From Candidatus Bathyarchaeia archaeon (GTDB taxonomy: Archaea; Thermoproteota; Bathyarchaeia; Bathyarchaeales; Bathycorpusculaceae): a DNA stretch of 60,277 bases. Every line of letters begins with the position of its first letter. The first letter of the stretch is position 1. The translations under genes and the position numbers were made by a program. Of this stretch, positions 10,571 to 20,644 are shown in pieces. Under the pieces are notes generated by a model. It was not told the DNA's origin. It searched no databases and was given only the letters and a program-made list of their open reading frames with translations. Where the stretch lies: NCBI GenBank assembly GCA_049515895.1, contig JBEKTQ010000018.1:1-60277 (forward strand), written 5' to 3'.

Positions 10571-11514
10571 TCCAGGTTAAAGCCAAGAAAATGATAGTTA
10601 TCGCGTTTCTTTTCTTAGCGCTTACGTCAATGGTCATACTGGTTAAGCCTGTGTCTTCGCAAGCAACTCTGTCAACGATTACCATTCTGCGGGACGGAAG
10701 CATCTCTCCTGCCACGGCGGCGATTCAACGAAGCGGCAACACTTACACTTTTACTGACGATATTTATGCAGCGATAAATGTTTTGAGAAGTAACATAATT
10801 CTCGACGGCGCAGGTTACACACTCAGAGGACCGTTTAACGGTAATTCAACGGATATTTGGGTTGTTGGAACTGGACCTGACCCTTCAATGGCTTATTACA
10901 CTATAGGCGTTGACTTAGGCAACAAAAGTGTCTGCGGAGTCACTGTCGAGAACTTGAACGTGGAAAACTTTAGCATCGGCATGTACATTTGGACAAAGAA
11001 CAACACGGTAGTTGGCAATGCTTTTTCAGGCTGCATCGTTGGCTTACTCATGTCGGGCTCAAACTCCACGATAACAAGAAATTATGTTTCAGGCAACATC
11101 GAGGGTCTCTTCTTTGGGTTCAACTCGCCATCCGGACAGTTCCCGCCAGACATGGTGGTTTACCAAAACGCATTCATGAAAAACAACATACAAATCAGCG
11201 GTTGCCAATGCAAATCATACAACATGTCGGAGACCCCGCATGACTGGGATAAGGGAAAAATAGGAAACTACTGGAGCGACTACAACGGCACCGACGCAAA
11301 CCACGACGGCATCGGAGATACACCCTACGTTATCGATCCTTTAGACAGGGACAGTTACCCGCTTATGCAACTTCCCGTTAAACCGCCTCTTTCAGCATCA
11401 AAAGCCCTTCTTGCGCCCGTGTCCTTGGAAGTAGTGGTTTTAGCCGTTTCGGCTCCAGTTGCGTCGGCGGCCGGAGTTTTTGCAGTTAAGCATCGACGAA
11501 AGACGAAGGGTTAA
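10567..11514 (+). CDS. NosD-like parallel beta-helix surface protein
   Basis: Signal peptide, SNIILDGAGYTL, GNYWSDYNGTDANHDGIGDTPY, C-terminal TM segment with a basic tail. Confidence 0.85.
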   Translation: MIQVKAKKMIVIAFLFLALTSMVILVKPVSSQATLSTITILRDGSISPATAAIQRSGNTYTFTDDIYAAINVLRSNIILDGAGYTLRGPFNGNSTDIWVVGTGPDPSMAYYTIGVDLGNKSVCGVTVENLNVENFSIGMYIWTKNNTVVGNAFSGCIVGLLMSGSNSTITRNYVSGNIEGLFFGFNSPSGQFPPDMVVYQNAFMKNNIQISGCQCKSYNMSETPHDWDKGKIGNYWSDYNGTDANHDGIGDTPYVIDPLDRDSYPLMQLPVKPPLSASKALLAPVSLEVVVLAVSAPVASAAGVFAVKHRRKTKG

Positions 11515-11689
11515 GAATGCAAAAATTATGAAATCATCTGGAGAATGAACACTAACTGGCTCTCTTGCAATACAGGCAAGGAAAAAACAATCAAACATCT
11601 GGAAATAGAGGGAAAAACATGTTTAGATTTCCTTAACGCTACTTTTTTATCTTAACCTTCAATGAATAAGTTTAGAGGTTTCACGAAAA

Positions 11690-12265
11690 ATGAAGGTTGT
11701 TGCTTTTAATGGGAGTGCACGGAGAGACGGAAACACCGCAGTGCTTCTGAAACGGGTTCTTAGGGTTCTAGAAGCGGAAGGCATCGAAACAGAGCTGATT
11801 CAGCTTGCCGGAGAAGAGATTCACGGTTGCACCGCCTGCAGAGCATGTTTTGAAACGAAGAATCAACACTGCAAAATCACCACTGACAACGTAAACGCCT
11901 ACATCCAGAAAATGCTGGAAGCTGACGGCTTAATCTTGGGTTCACCCACGTATTTTGGCATGATGTCGCCTGAAATGAAGGCCCTTATTGACCGCGCGGG
12001 ATTCGTATGCAGAGCTACTCCTGACGCGTTAAAATATAAGGTTGGAGCTGCAGTAGCCGTTGCCAGACGTGCTGGCGCGATGACAACTTTTGATGCTATA
12101 AACCACTTTTTCCTTATCAACCAGATGGTAGTGCCCGGGTCCTCGTACTGGAACATCGGCGTGGCAAACAAGAAGAACGAAATCGACAAGGATGAGGAAG
12201 CCTTGAAAACCATGGATGACCTTGGCAGAAATATGGCGTGGCTGCTCAAGAAAATAAAGGCTTAA
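11690..12265 (+). CDS. Iron-sulfur flavoprotein (Isf/flavodoxin-like)
   Basis: FNGSARRDGNT, CTACRAC..C, ADGLILGSPTYFG. Confidence 0.9.
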   Translation: MKVVAFNGSARRDGNTAVLLKRVLRVLEAEGIETELIQLAGEEIHGCTACRACFETKNQHCKITTDNVNAYIQKMLEADGLILGSPTYFGMMSPEMKALIDRAGFVCRATPDALKYKVGAAVAVARRAGAMTTFDAINHFFLINQMVVPGSSYWNIGVANKKNEIDKDEEALKTMDDLGRNMAWLLKKIKA

Positions 12266-12319
12266 GCCGTTACAGTATTAGAAGTTCAACGCCGGGTATC
12301 TTTGTTTTCTTATGAACAT

Positions 12320-13228
12320 TCATCGGGAAACCAGCGCAATTGCAATTATAATTAGCAATGCACCGATTGTTGAAAAAATGGTGATGGGCTCCTTTAGCAC
12401 CAGAATGGACAAGAGAACGGCAATAACTATTTCGGACAAAAGCAGAACGGTCGAGGTGGAAGCCGACAAATGCTTGAGCCCTTCAAGCCAAAGATAGTAT
12501 GGTACAACCCAGCAAACTATAGCCGTGTAAAAAACGGCGAGCCATGCGGATTCGCTTAAAGCAAAAAACCGTGAACCAGCCAAAAAAGAAAATGGCAATA
12601 TTGAAAGCATGGTGAATACTAGCACCCAAGTCATAGATTGAAATGTTGCTGAGGTGGAGTTCATTAGGAGCCGTTTGTTGTAAACCATGAAAACCGCCCA
12701 AGCAACCCCTGAAGTGACAAGCATCACGTCGCCTGCTATCTGCCCACCCATTAAACTTGAAAAATCCAAGTTCGTGCTCACAAAGACTATCCCGACTAAT
12801 CCGAAAAAGATGCCAAGGATCTTTATCTTTGAGAAACGTTCACCGAGCAGTTTCGGGCTTAAGAGCGCAACCCACATTGCGCTTAAGTTTATGAAAAGCG
12901 CAGCCTTCGCCGCGGTAGTATAATTCATGCCTACATACTGCAGAAGGTAACCAGCACCGTTTGCGATGCCTAAGAAAACGAGAAGTTTGGTGTCCCCCAC
13001 TTTGAATTCCAGTTTTCTAAGAAGCACCATGATAACCACCAATGAAATAGAAGATACTAGGAAACGCCAAAAGAGAAAGGCAAAAGGATCAGTGTAAGCT
13101 AAGCCAATCTTTATAATCGGGAAAGAGGTGCCCCATAGGGCGCCAGCCAAAATAGTTAAGAACACTGCCTTACTTTTTTGGCTTAACAGCTGGTTTGGCA
13201 AATTCTTTCCCTTTTTTGCTTTCTTCAT
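12320..13228 (-). CDS. DMT/EamA family transporter
   Basis: About 10 TM segments, LWGTSFPIIK, YTTAAKAALF, LLGERF. Confidence 0.9.
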   Translation of the reverse strand: MKKAKKGKNLPNQLLSQKSKAVFLTILAGALWGTSFPIIKIGLAYTDPFAFLFWRFLVSSISLVVIMVLLRKLEFKVGDTKLLVFLGIANGAGYLLQYVGMNYTTAAKAALFINLSAMWVALLSPKLLGERFSKIKILGIFFGLVGIVFVSTNLDFSSLMGGQIAGDVMLVTSGVAWAVFMVYNKRLLMNSTSATFQSMTWVLVFTMLSILPFSFLAGSRFFALSESAWLAVFYTAIVCWVVPYYLWLEGLKHLSASTSTVLLLSEIVIAVLLSILVLKEPITIFSTIGALLIIIAIALVSR

Positions 13229-13371
13229 ACGTTTGCTGGCTTTATAAAGAATTATTTGCTAGCTTTAGCGTTTCCGACATTATTTTTGAAGGCTCAAAAA
13301 TTCATACTGAAGAAGAAAGATATGGACCACTGGAGGGCAGCTGCCTGTTTCGGAAACTAAAACGTTAAGGA

Positions 13372-14316
13372 TCAAGGCGTCTTTGGCTGACGTTCCACGG
13401 TTTTCTTAGTTCCTGTTGAAGGGCTGGAAGTTTTTATTAAACCAAACGCTCGGCCTTCATCTTTGAAGTTAACAGCGATTAAGACGGATAAAGTGACCAG
13501 CGGGATCAACGAGTAGTAAAAGAGCGGTGTGGCCACGGCGTTGGAGAAAACCATAGTTACGAAGCTTGAACCTATTCCTGAAACCAGCAGCATCCCGTTC
13601 GACAGCAAAAGCGAAACAACTGCGCTTACGCCGGCAAGTTTGAGGTTTTTGCGGTTGAACGAGACAAAGAGTGGAATCGCCAGCAACCCGAACCTTGGAT
13701 CAAAGAACCCGAAAGCAAAGGCGATTCCAGACAGTAATGGTTTGTCGCGCCAGCCAAGGTAGAAGCAGAGCAGAAGCAGGAAGGTTACGAAGACTTTGGC
13801 TTGTCCTTCGCCCCATTGCCAATAGTAACTTGGCGAGAAGCCATATTGCGGAAACGGGAGGGGTAGGAAAAGAGCGATAAGTGTGACTATGAAGGTTACT
13901 GCAAGGGGTTTCCCGTTTTGGATTTTGTAAATGAAAAACGCAATGAAAGGGAGCATCAGGAACTGAACGATGTCGAAGGCGGTGAGAGCCCGCTGATAAC
14001 TCAGCGTGAGAAAAGGCGAGACAAGGAGTAGAAACGAGGGCAGGTACTTGTAGGTTTCAGGATGAGGTAGGATTAATGGTTCTCCATCGTTTAAGGTGCC
14101 GGAAGCGTAAATGTGCGATGGGTTGTTCCAGAGACGCCAGGCACCCATATAATAGGCTGAGAAGTCTTTTGCCAATATCGGTGCTGAAGGGGTAATCCCA
14201 TTTGAGGGCGTGTAGGTCTGCGGGTAAGCCAGTATCAGGGTATACAGGTTTAGAGCGATGACGACGGCGACCGCTATAATGAAAATGGTTTTGGAGGATA
14301 TATGTTTGAAAGTCAT
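13372..14316 (-). CDS. Membrane glycosyltransferase, GT87/DUF2029-like
   Basis: KDFSAYY..YKYLPSF..EGQ motifs; multi-TM. Confidence 0.7.
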   Translation of the reverse strand: MTFKHISSKTIFIIAVAVVIALNLYTLILAYPQTYTPSNGITPSAPILAKDFSAYYMGAWRLWNNPSHIYASGTLNDGEPLILPHPETYKYLPSFLLLVSPFLTLSYQRALTAFDIVQFLMLPFIAFFIYKIQNGKPLAVTFIVTLIALFLPLPFPQYGFSPSYYWQWGEGQAKVFVTFLLLLCFYLGWRDKPLLSGIAFAFGFFDPRFGLLAIPLFVSFNRKNLKLAGVSAVVSLLLSNGMLLVSGIGSSFVTMVFSNAVATPLFYYSLIPLVTLSVLIAVNFKDEGRAFGLIKTSSPSTGTKKTVERQPKTP

Positions 14317-14520
14317 CGTTTACCTGCTTTCTGACGGTTTTTGTTTAATACTATTGTTGGACTTTTATACTTTAGCCGAAGTTGTTTTTTAGCCTTACAC
14401 TTTTGTCTGCGGAGAAATCTGGTTTCGCGCCCAAATGTATTACAATTGTCTTACGCGGGAAAACCCTTTTATTCAATTCCCCCATTCCCACCATAAAAAG
14501 CCAAACTAGGATGAACTCCG

Positions 14521-15153
14521 ATGCTTCCACAAAAACAAACCAAGACAAAACAAGTCTCAATCATGGCAATGGTAGCGGCACTTTACGCTGTATTGTTCTA
14601 TGGTTCAGCAATAGGTATGTTGCCGGGATTCACGCTTCTTTACCTTCCCGTTATTCTACTAGGAGTTCTCCCAGTGTGGTTTGGCTGGCCAGGACTTATC
14701 GGCAGCATGATTGGCGCTTTTATTGGAGGATTGTATGTTGAGGGAGTTCCTCCTTACGCTGCATGGGTAGAATCAGTTACTGCATTAATTATTTTCAGCT
14801 TAAATTGGTTTCTCATACCGCGGAATGCCGTAGAAGGCAGAACAAAAAGGAACTTGATATTCCTCATGATTGTGTACGCGGTCACACTTTTCATAGGCAC
14901 CACTTATATCCTATGGCAATACCTGTATCTCTTTAACATAGGAATTCTTCCCTTCAATTTTATAGGCAAGTTCTCGTTCACAGTTGTCCTTGTCTCTACC
15001 TATATCCTAAACTTGGTTATCCAACTTGCTGTATGTCCTGCCTTACTAAGAGCGGTTACACCCAAGCTAAAAAGCTGGGGGATATACTCCGGAAACTTTG
15101 CGGAATGGAGAAGTTTGAAAGCCAAAACTCAAACCCAAGCTAAACAAGTCTAA
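14521..15153 (+). CDS. Integral membrane protein, QueT/ECF S-component-like
   Basis: MAMVAALYAVL..LPVWFGWPGLIGSMIGAFIG; about 6 TM segments. Confidence 0.55.
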   Translation: MLPQKQTKTKQVSIMAMVAALYAVLFYGSAIGMLPGFTLLYLPVILLGVLPVWFGWPGLIGSMIGAFIGGLYVEGVPPYAAWVESVTALIIFSLNWFLIPRNAVEGRTKRNLIFLMIVYAVTLFIGTTYILWQYLYLFNIGILPFNFIGKFSFTVVLVSTYILNLVIQLAVCPALLRAVTPKLKSWGIYSGNFAEWRSLKAKTQTQAKQV

Positions 15154-15259
15154 AAGCGTCCAATCGTTTACCTTAGATTTGCTAAAAATGTTTTGGCTCA
15201 AATCTATAGACAACGCTTTTAAGTTATCGATGACCTAAAGGCACCTTGAGTGCTCAAAA

Positions 15260-15808
15260 ATGAAAATCAGAGTTATCAAACTAACCCCAGAACAACTCAT
15301 GAAGTTGCTGCAGGGAGAAGCCTCAGCTTTCGCTTCAAGCTTGCCCTCTGACGCGGAACTTTTAGATTTGAAGTTTGACTTATTTTTCAGGCAGGTGCTT
15401 GCCGTAGTTAGAAGCGACACTTTTGAGGATGTTGCCGAAGGCTGCCCGACCCCAGAGTTGAAGCTGACAAAAAGCTCGGCGCCAAAGGCTGCTCCTAAAC
15501 CAACAGCAACTTTCAAAGCCGAACCCAAACTTGAGCTTAAGCCGGCTGCCTCAAAGGCTATGCAAATCTCACAACCCGGCAAATCCACTACCAAATGGGA
15601 GAACGAGTTTAGCCCAGACCAACGGAAACTGCTCAGCTTCCAAGTCAAGGACGACTGCGTCGTGGTTAAGCCTATTCAGTTTTTGAAAGCCGAATGGGAA
15701 GACATAAACGAAGTGGTCCGAAGCTTAGGTGGCAAATGGGTCAAAGGTGCCATTATCAGCTACTGGGAAATCCCTACGAGCTTAGATTCGCAGCACCTTT
15801 CGAGTTAA
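15260..15808 (+). CDS. Hypothetical two-domain protein
   Basis: Long ORF with a TATA-like box upstream; Pro/Ala/Lys linker; C-terminal FLKAEWEDINEVVRSLGGKW..YWEIP. Confidence 0.7.
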   Translation: MKIRVIKLTPEQLMKLLQGEASAFASSLPSDAELLDLKFDLFFRQVLAVVRSDTFEDVAEGCPTPELKLTKSSAPKAAPKPTATFKAEPKLELKPAASKAMQISQPGKSTTKWENEFSPDQRKLLSFQVKDDCVVVKPIQFLKAEWEDINEVVRSLGGKWVKGAIISYWEIPTSLDSQHLSS

Positions 15809-15861
15809 AAACGAAAATTCTTTAAACAAGCTGGCTATATTCAGAGTAGGGTTGTATCAAG

Positions 15862-16446
15862 ATGGCAAAAACCGATAAACCTCTAACTAAAAATGCACTT
15901 GTCTCCATGCAGGTAATCGATTCGCAAGGTCATTTGGTTGGAAAAGTTAAGGATGTCGCCTTCGTCGTTGGACAGCTTGGCATTTCACTTTCAGTAGAAA
16001 ACGAGGATGGTGAAATTCAATGCATCCAGTGGCAGGACATTCAAGCAGCCTCGGATTTCATATTATTGAAGCCTCAATTTTCAGGTGGCAACAAAGGAGA
16101 ATGTGCAAATGAAGAGACTCAGGTTTTCCAAACGGAACAGACAAAGCAAACGCAGCAAACAGAACCCAAGAAACAAACTGCTCAGCCGCTTTGCCCAACA
16201 TGCAACCAGCCACTTACTTGGATTCCGCAATATAGCAGATGGTATTGCTACAACGACAAGAAATACGTCAATCCGGAGGAATCTATGAAAAAAGGAGACT
16301 GGGAAGAGTCAGTCAAAGATCAAAGGACGCAGCAAACGTCCACGAAAAAGTCCAGTCCGCCTTTGTGCCCAACTTGTAATAAGCCTCTCACATGGATTCC
16401 ACAGTACAACAGATGGTACTGCTACAACGACAAAAAATACGTTTAG
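15862..16446 (+). CDS. PRC-barrel protein with two zinc-ribbon-like repeats
   Basis: MQVIDSQGHLVGKVKDV..WQDIQAASDFILL plus two copies of PLCPTCNxPLTWIPQYxRWYCYNDKKYV. Confidence 0.8.
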   Translation: MAKTDKPLTKNALVSMQVIDSQGHLVGKVKDVAFVVGQLGISLSVENEDGEIQCIQWQDIQAASDFILLKPQFSGGNKGECANEETQVFQTEQTKQTQQTEPKKQTAQPLCPTCNQPLTWIPQYSRWYCYNDKKYVNPEESMKKGDWEESVKDQRTQQTSTKKSSPPLCPTCNKPLTWIPQYNRWYCYNDKKYV

Positions 16447-16544
16447 CGTCCATCTTGCAGTATTTTTTGGTCGTTGCGGGAAAGATGAGCACGCTTCATT
16501 AGAATAAAAAGTGACCTCTTACTTGCAGTTCATAGATGCTGTGT

Positions 16545-16973
16545 TCAGCTTGGCATGGTGTAGTAAACGACTGCCCCTAACGCGATACTTATTATCCAGA
16601 GGACTGCGGTGATCTGCATCCATTTTTGGGGTGGCTGAGGTAAATCATTGAAAACATACATCACGGACAAAACTACTGCAGGGAAACCAATCGCCATATG
16701 TATAATTTGCAATACTGAGAATGGTGAGGTCATGGCGTCACTTGGGTTGATATAGTAAATGAATAAAGATGGAAACATCACCGCAAATATTGATATCAAA
16801 TTAAGAAAAACTGCGCCGCTCATGATCCAGCGGTGAAGCTGGAGCGATTCTTTGCTTCGGAGTCTTGCATAACCGATTCCTATGATCGCCAGTCCAAGAG
16901 CAACTAACATCATTGTTAGGGATTCTTGTTGAAGATAAGAATTTAAGTAGTTAAAATTCATGTTCACGCTCAT
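16545..16973 (-). CDS. Four-TM membrane protein, DUF420-like, divergent from the cox cluster
   Basis: LQLHRWIM and IIHMAIG His-bearing helices; DUF420-like genes commonly accompany oxidase clusters. Confidence 0.6.
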   Translation of the reverse strand: MSVNMNFNYLNSYLQQESLTMMLVALGLAIIGIGYARLRSKESLQLHRWIMSGAVFLNLISIFAVMFPSLFIYYINPSDAMTSPFSVLQIIHMAIGFPAVVLSVMYVFNDLPQPPQKWMQITAVLWIISIALGAVVYYTMPS

Positions 16974-17290
16974 TTTTCTCTTCCCATAAGATGAGAAACT
17001 TAAAGCATTATTTGGTACTTTGTGTCTGTGTTCAGCCAACAACAAATAAACGCTTAAATACATACCCGAATGGCTAGAGAGCAAAAAGTCAATTTTGATA
17101 ATTGCTTTTAAAAAACAATCGTTGGGAACCTGCCGCTTCTTTTCTGCAACAAGCTTTTCGGTCCATCGCTGCTTTCAGAGGGCAAACTAGCGGTAAATCG
17201 CCAAATTAGCAACCTATTTACTTGTGACTGTACACTGGCAACCAACACAAGTTTAAAACCTGAATTTCACGACTATTTATTGGGAAGATT

Positions 17291-17428
17291 TTGGTGAAAA
17301 TTAAAAAGGTAACGAACGTCCAAGAAAATAGAAGCGCCCTTTTCATCGCTATGGCTATGCCCACTCAAGCAGACAGTTACTATTATCGTAGGTTACTAGG
17401 AACACATTCAACTGAGAGTGCGGGGTAA
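17291..17428 (+). CDS. Possible small ORF upstream of coxB
   Basis: TTG/GTG start, KIKKVTNVQENRSALFIAMAMPTQADSYYYRRLLGTHSTESAG; TTTAAAA about 35 nt upstream. Confidence 0.3.
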   Translation: MVKIKKVTNVQENRSALFIAMAMPTQADSYYYRRLLGTHSTESAG

Positions 17429-17511
17429 AGTAGAAACATAATAAGAATTCTGCTTGCACCGTTTACCCCAAATTGAGTTCCATTTTTAATTTTCAAAATA
17501 GGAGATCAATT

Positions 17512-18183
17512 ATGTCGCAACCCATACCAGTTTCGGCCTCTGACTGGAATCATCTTTTCGATCTAGCTACGACCATAGCACTAGTAGCGATGGCTGTTGT
17601 TATAGGCGCAATGATTTATTTTATAGTAAGGTACAGGGAAAGAAAAGGCCAAGCCAAGTTCATTCCAGACTTCAGCATAAGAAAAAGTCGCGCTAGGGAC
17701 AGTGTGATTTTTGCCTCAATTTCCATCATAATATTGGTCAGTTTGGTTGCGGCTTCCTACCGACTTACTCCCAATGCGCGTTTTGAGCCCACTGTCTCCA
17801 AAAGTTTGGTCATCGACGTAACTGCTTATCAGTGGGGTTTCGATTTTGGCTACCCTAACGGCGTGACGACGTCAGACAATGTAACCCTGCCTGGAAACAC
17901 AACTGTAATGTTTAACGTTACAAGCACGGATGTAATGCACAATTTTTACTTAGTCCAATACAAGGTAAGCATAGAGGCAGTACCTGGCAGATATAACATT
18001 TTGTGGATAACTACACCAGTGGTAAACGGAAACGACCAGTACAGCTACAACATTTACTGCAAAGAACTCTGTGGAGTTGGCCACACATTCATGGATGCAG
18101 CCATGACGGTTGTAAGCCAACCCGTTTATGACCAATGGCTTGCCAGCCAAAATGCTACAAACTCATCGAAGTCAGGAGGCTAA
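17512..18183 (+). CDS. coxB: Heme-copper oxidase subunit II with a CuA site
   Basis: Two TM segments, AYQWGF, DVMHNF and CKELCGVGHTFM CuA ligands. Confidence 0.95.
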   Translation: MSQPIPVSASDWNHLFDLATTIALVAMAVVIGAMIYFIVRYRERKGQAKFIPDFSIRKSRARDSVIFASISIIILVSLVAASYRLTPNARFEPTVSKSLVIDVTAYQWGFDFGYPNGVTTSDNVTLPGNTTVMFNVTSTDVMHNFYLVQYKVSIEAVPGRYNILWITTPVVNGNDQYSYNIYCKELCGVGHTFMDAAMTVVSQPVYDQWLASQNATNSSKSGG

Positions 18184-18187
18184 AGCG

Positions 18188-19864
18188 ATCGTATTTTCAA
18201 TAAAAGACTGGTTAATTACAACTAACCATAAGCAGGTTGGCATACTTTACATAGTGACAGCCATATTTTTCTTAGCGGTTGCTGGCTCATTTGGAGAAAT
18301 GATGAGAACGCAGCTTGCCGTTTCAAACAACAATTTTCTTAACCCCTTCACTTATGACCAAACCGTCACCTTACATGGCCTGTTAATGATTCTCTGGGTT
18401 CTTACACCCTTGGGGATTGGCTTGGCAAACTATATCGTGCCGCTGCAAATAGGCGCAAAGGATCTGGCGTTTCCACGCATGAATGCCTTAAGCTACTGGA
18501 CATATCTGTTCAGCGGCGTAATGCTTGTTAGCTCCGTATTTATGCCAGGGGGCGGACCAAACACCGGCTGGACCCTCTACGCACCTCTAAACACTATACA
18601 GTTTACTTCTCAAGCAGGCATGACCCTTGCCGTAATGGCATTGCTACTGTTTTCTCTTTCCGTGACCATGGGTTCAATTAACTTTCTCACAACCGTCGTG
18701 AGAAACCGAGCCAAGGGTGTAACTTGGAAACGGCTACCAATATTCACTTGGTCGATTCTTTTCACTATGACGCTTGCGCTTTTTGCGTTCCCGCCGTTAG
18801 CTGCAGGCCTACTGCTGTTATCAAGCGATAGATTTCTCGGCACCGTCTTCTTTAGTGCCACTCAGGGCGGCGGCATTTTATGGGATGAACTCTTCTGGTT
18901 TTTCGGTCACCCCGAAGTTTACATTGTCGTTTTTCCTGCCTTAGGCGTAATCGCAGAAGTTTTTCAAACGTTTGCGAAGAGACCCGTATTTTCAAGAACT
19001 GTCTTCATCGTTGAATTTGCAGCTGTAACCTTTCTGAGCGTTGGTGTTTGGATGCATCACATGTTTACAACGGGCGTGAACTACAGTGTCTTGCAGACTT
19101 TCTCTTTCACTACGCTCGCCATATCCATACCTTTCGAAGGAGTAGTTCTTGGCTTGGTGCTTACACTATACAAAGGTCACATAAAACTAAACACTCCAAT
19201 GTTGTACTGTCTCGCCGCCATATTTACTGTGACTTTGGGGGGTATAACAGGTGTGCTGCAAGCTTTTCCAGTTTTAGATTACGCTTTCAATGGGACCTAC
19301 TGGATTGTGGGTCATTTCCATTATGTCATGGCTGGAACCACTCTATTTGCGCTAATTGCAGGACTATATTATTGGTGGCCGAAAATAACCAAGAGACAGT
19401 ACAATGAGACTTTTGGAGTAATCATTTTCCTTGTTTCCTTCGTTGGATTCAACATTCTCTATTTTCCATACTTCTTCATGCTGGATATGCCTAGAAGAAT
19501 ATCGACGTTTTCATTAGCCTCAGGACTAGCATCGTTGAATTTAACGGCAACTATCGGTGCCTACATATTCGGACCTGCCGCTGCATTAGCCGTTTTAAAC
19601 CTTGTTTTAAGTTTGAGAAAACCCGTTTCTTCAGGGCCTAACCCTTGGGAAGGAAGAGAATTGGAGTGGACGGGCGATTACGACGGGTCACTCGCCTTGG
19701 CTACATCAACGGCAACTGCAGAGACAGCGGTTGATCCGAGTGGTAATTCTCGGTATAGCCGCTGGTACTGGTGCATGACAGGCTCGTGTGCATCAACTGA
19801 AACTGCGGTTGACTCTGCAGGCCAATCTGGTTATTTGCATAAGTCTGCGGAGGTTGAAAGTTGA
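18188..19864 (+). CDS. coxA: Heme-copper oxidase subunit I, A1-type (start uncertain: ATC 18188 or ATG 18128/18152)
   Basis: TTNHKQVG, TLHG, FWFFGHPEVY, WMHHMF, VGHFHYV, MPRR. Confidence 0.97.
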   Translation: MVFSIKDWLITTNHKQVGILYIVTAIFFLAVAGSFGEMMRTQLAVSNNNFLNPFTYDQTVTLHGLLMILWVLTPLGIGLANYIVPLQIGAKDLAFPRMNALSYWTYLFSGVMLVSSVFMPGGGPNTGWTLYAPLNTIQFTSQAGMTLAVMALLLFSLSVTMGSINFLTTVVRNRAKGVTWKRLPIFTWSILFTMTLALFAFPPLAAGLLLLSSDRFLGTVFFSATQGGGILWDELFWFFGHPEVYIVVFPALGVIAEVFQTFAKRPVFSRTVFIVEFAAVTFLSVGVWMHHMFTTGVNYSVLQTFSFTTLAISIPFEGVVLGLVLTLYKGHIKLNTPMLYCLAAIFTVTLGGITGVLQAFPVLDYAFNGTYWIVGHFHYVMAGTTLFALIAGLYYWWPKITKRQYNETFGVIIFLVSFVGFNILYFPYFFMLDMPRRISTFSLASGLASLNLTATIGAYIFGPAAALAVLNLVLSLRKPVSSGPNPWEGRELEWTGDYDGSLALATSTATAETAVDPSGNSRYSRWYWCMTGSCASTETAVDSAGQSGYLHKSAEVES

Positions 19865-20634
19865 CAGAAGACTATGAACATCCTGAAGAAGGCAAATCCA
19901 CCTATGCACCGATCATCCTTGCGGCGGGAGTTGCACTACTGCTTTTCGGGCTCGTAATTTTCTTGCCGCTTGCCATAGCGGGAATAGTAATTGTAGGCGC
20001 GGCGTTGTTCAAGTTGTTCAAGGATGGTGCTGAAGAAAAATTTGCAGAACTCAAAGAATCTCTTGAAGAGAAATATCCGCTTGAATCTTTAAGTAAAGAG
20101 AAACTTGGCGTCTGGGTTTTCCTTGTTTCTGAAATCCTAATTTTCGGATCACTTATCGTTGCTTACGCGTACGTCAGATTATCCAGCAGTTCATGGCCCG
20201 TTGCCACTCAAACCCACGACGTAATCCTCGGAATGAGTAACACCATCATCTTGCTTACCAGCAGTTTGGCAATGGTGTTTGCTCTTTACTCGATCAGGGC
20301 AGGCAACACAAAAGGATTAAAAGTTGGGTTAATGGGGACGTTTGCATTGGGTGCAGCTTTTCTCGTAATTAAGCTTGGATATGAATGGCCACAATATTAT
20401 CGAAACGGGTTCACGATAAGCAGCGGCTTGCCCGGCTCTAGTTATTTCGTGTTGACAGGTCTTCATGCTGTACATGTTGGAGCGGGTTTGGTTGCGGTTG
20501 GATACCTTCTTTTTAGATCTTTCAATGGAGGATTTACAAGTACAAAGCATTCCGCCGTTGAAAATATCGGCTTGTACTGGCATTTTGTGGATATTGTTTG
20601 GATGTTCCTCTTTCCGCTGTTCTATCTAATTTAG
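19861..20634 (+). CDS. coxC: Heme-copper oxidase subunit III
   Basis: GVWVFLVSEILIFG, NTIILLTSS, LTGLHAVHV, LYWHFVDIVWMFLFPLFY. Confidence 0.95.
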   Translation: MTEDYEHPEEGKSTYAPIILAAGVALLLFGLVIFLPLAIAGIVIVGAALFKLFKDGAEEKFAELKESLEEKYPLESLSKEKLGVWVFLVSEILIFGSLIVAYAYVRLSSSSWPVATQTHDVILGMSNTIILLTSSLAMVFALYSIRAGNTKGLKVGLMGTFALGAAFLVIKLGYEWPQYYRNGFTISSGLPGSSYFVLTGLHAVHVGAGLVAVGYLLFRSFNGGFTSTKHSAVENIGLYWHFVDIVWMFLFPLFYLI

Positions 20635-20644
20635 GTGAAAAAAT

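Noticed and set aside
10567-11514. Nitrous oxide reduction pathway
   Set aside because: A NosD-like beta-helix is a generic surface domain; nosZ, nosF, nosY and nosL are absent
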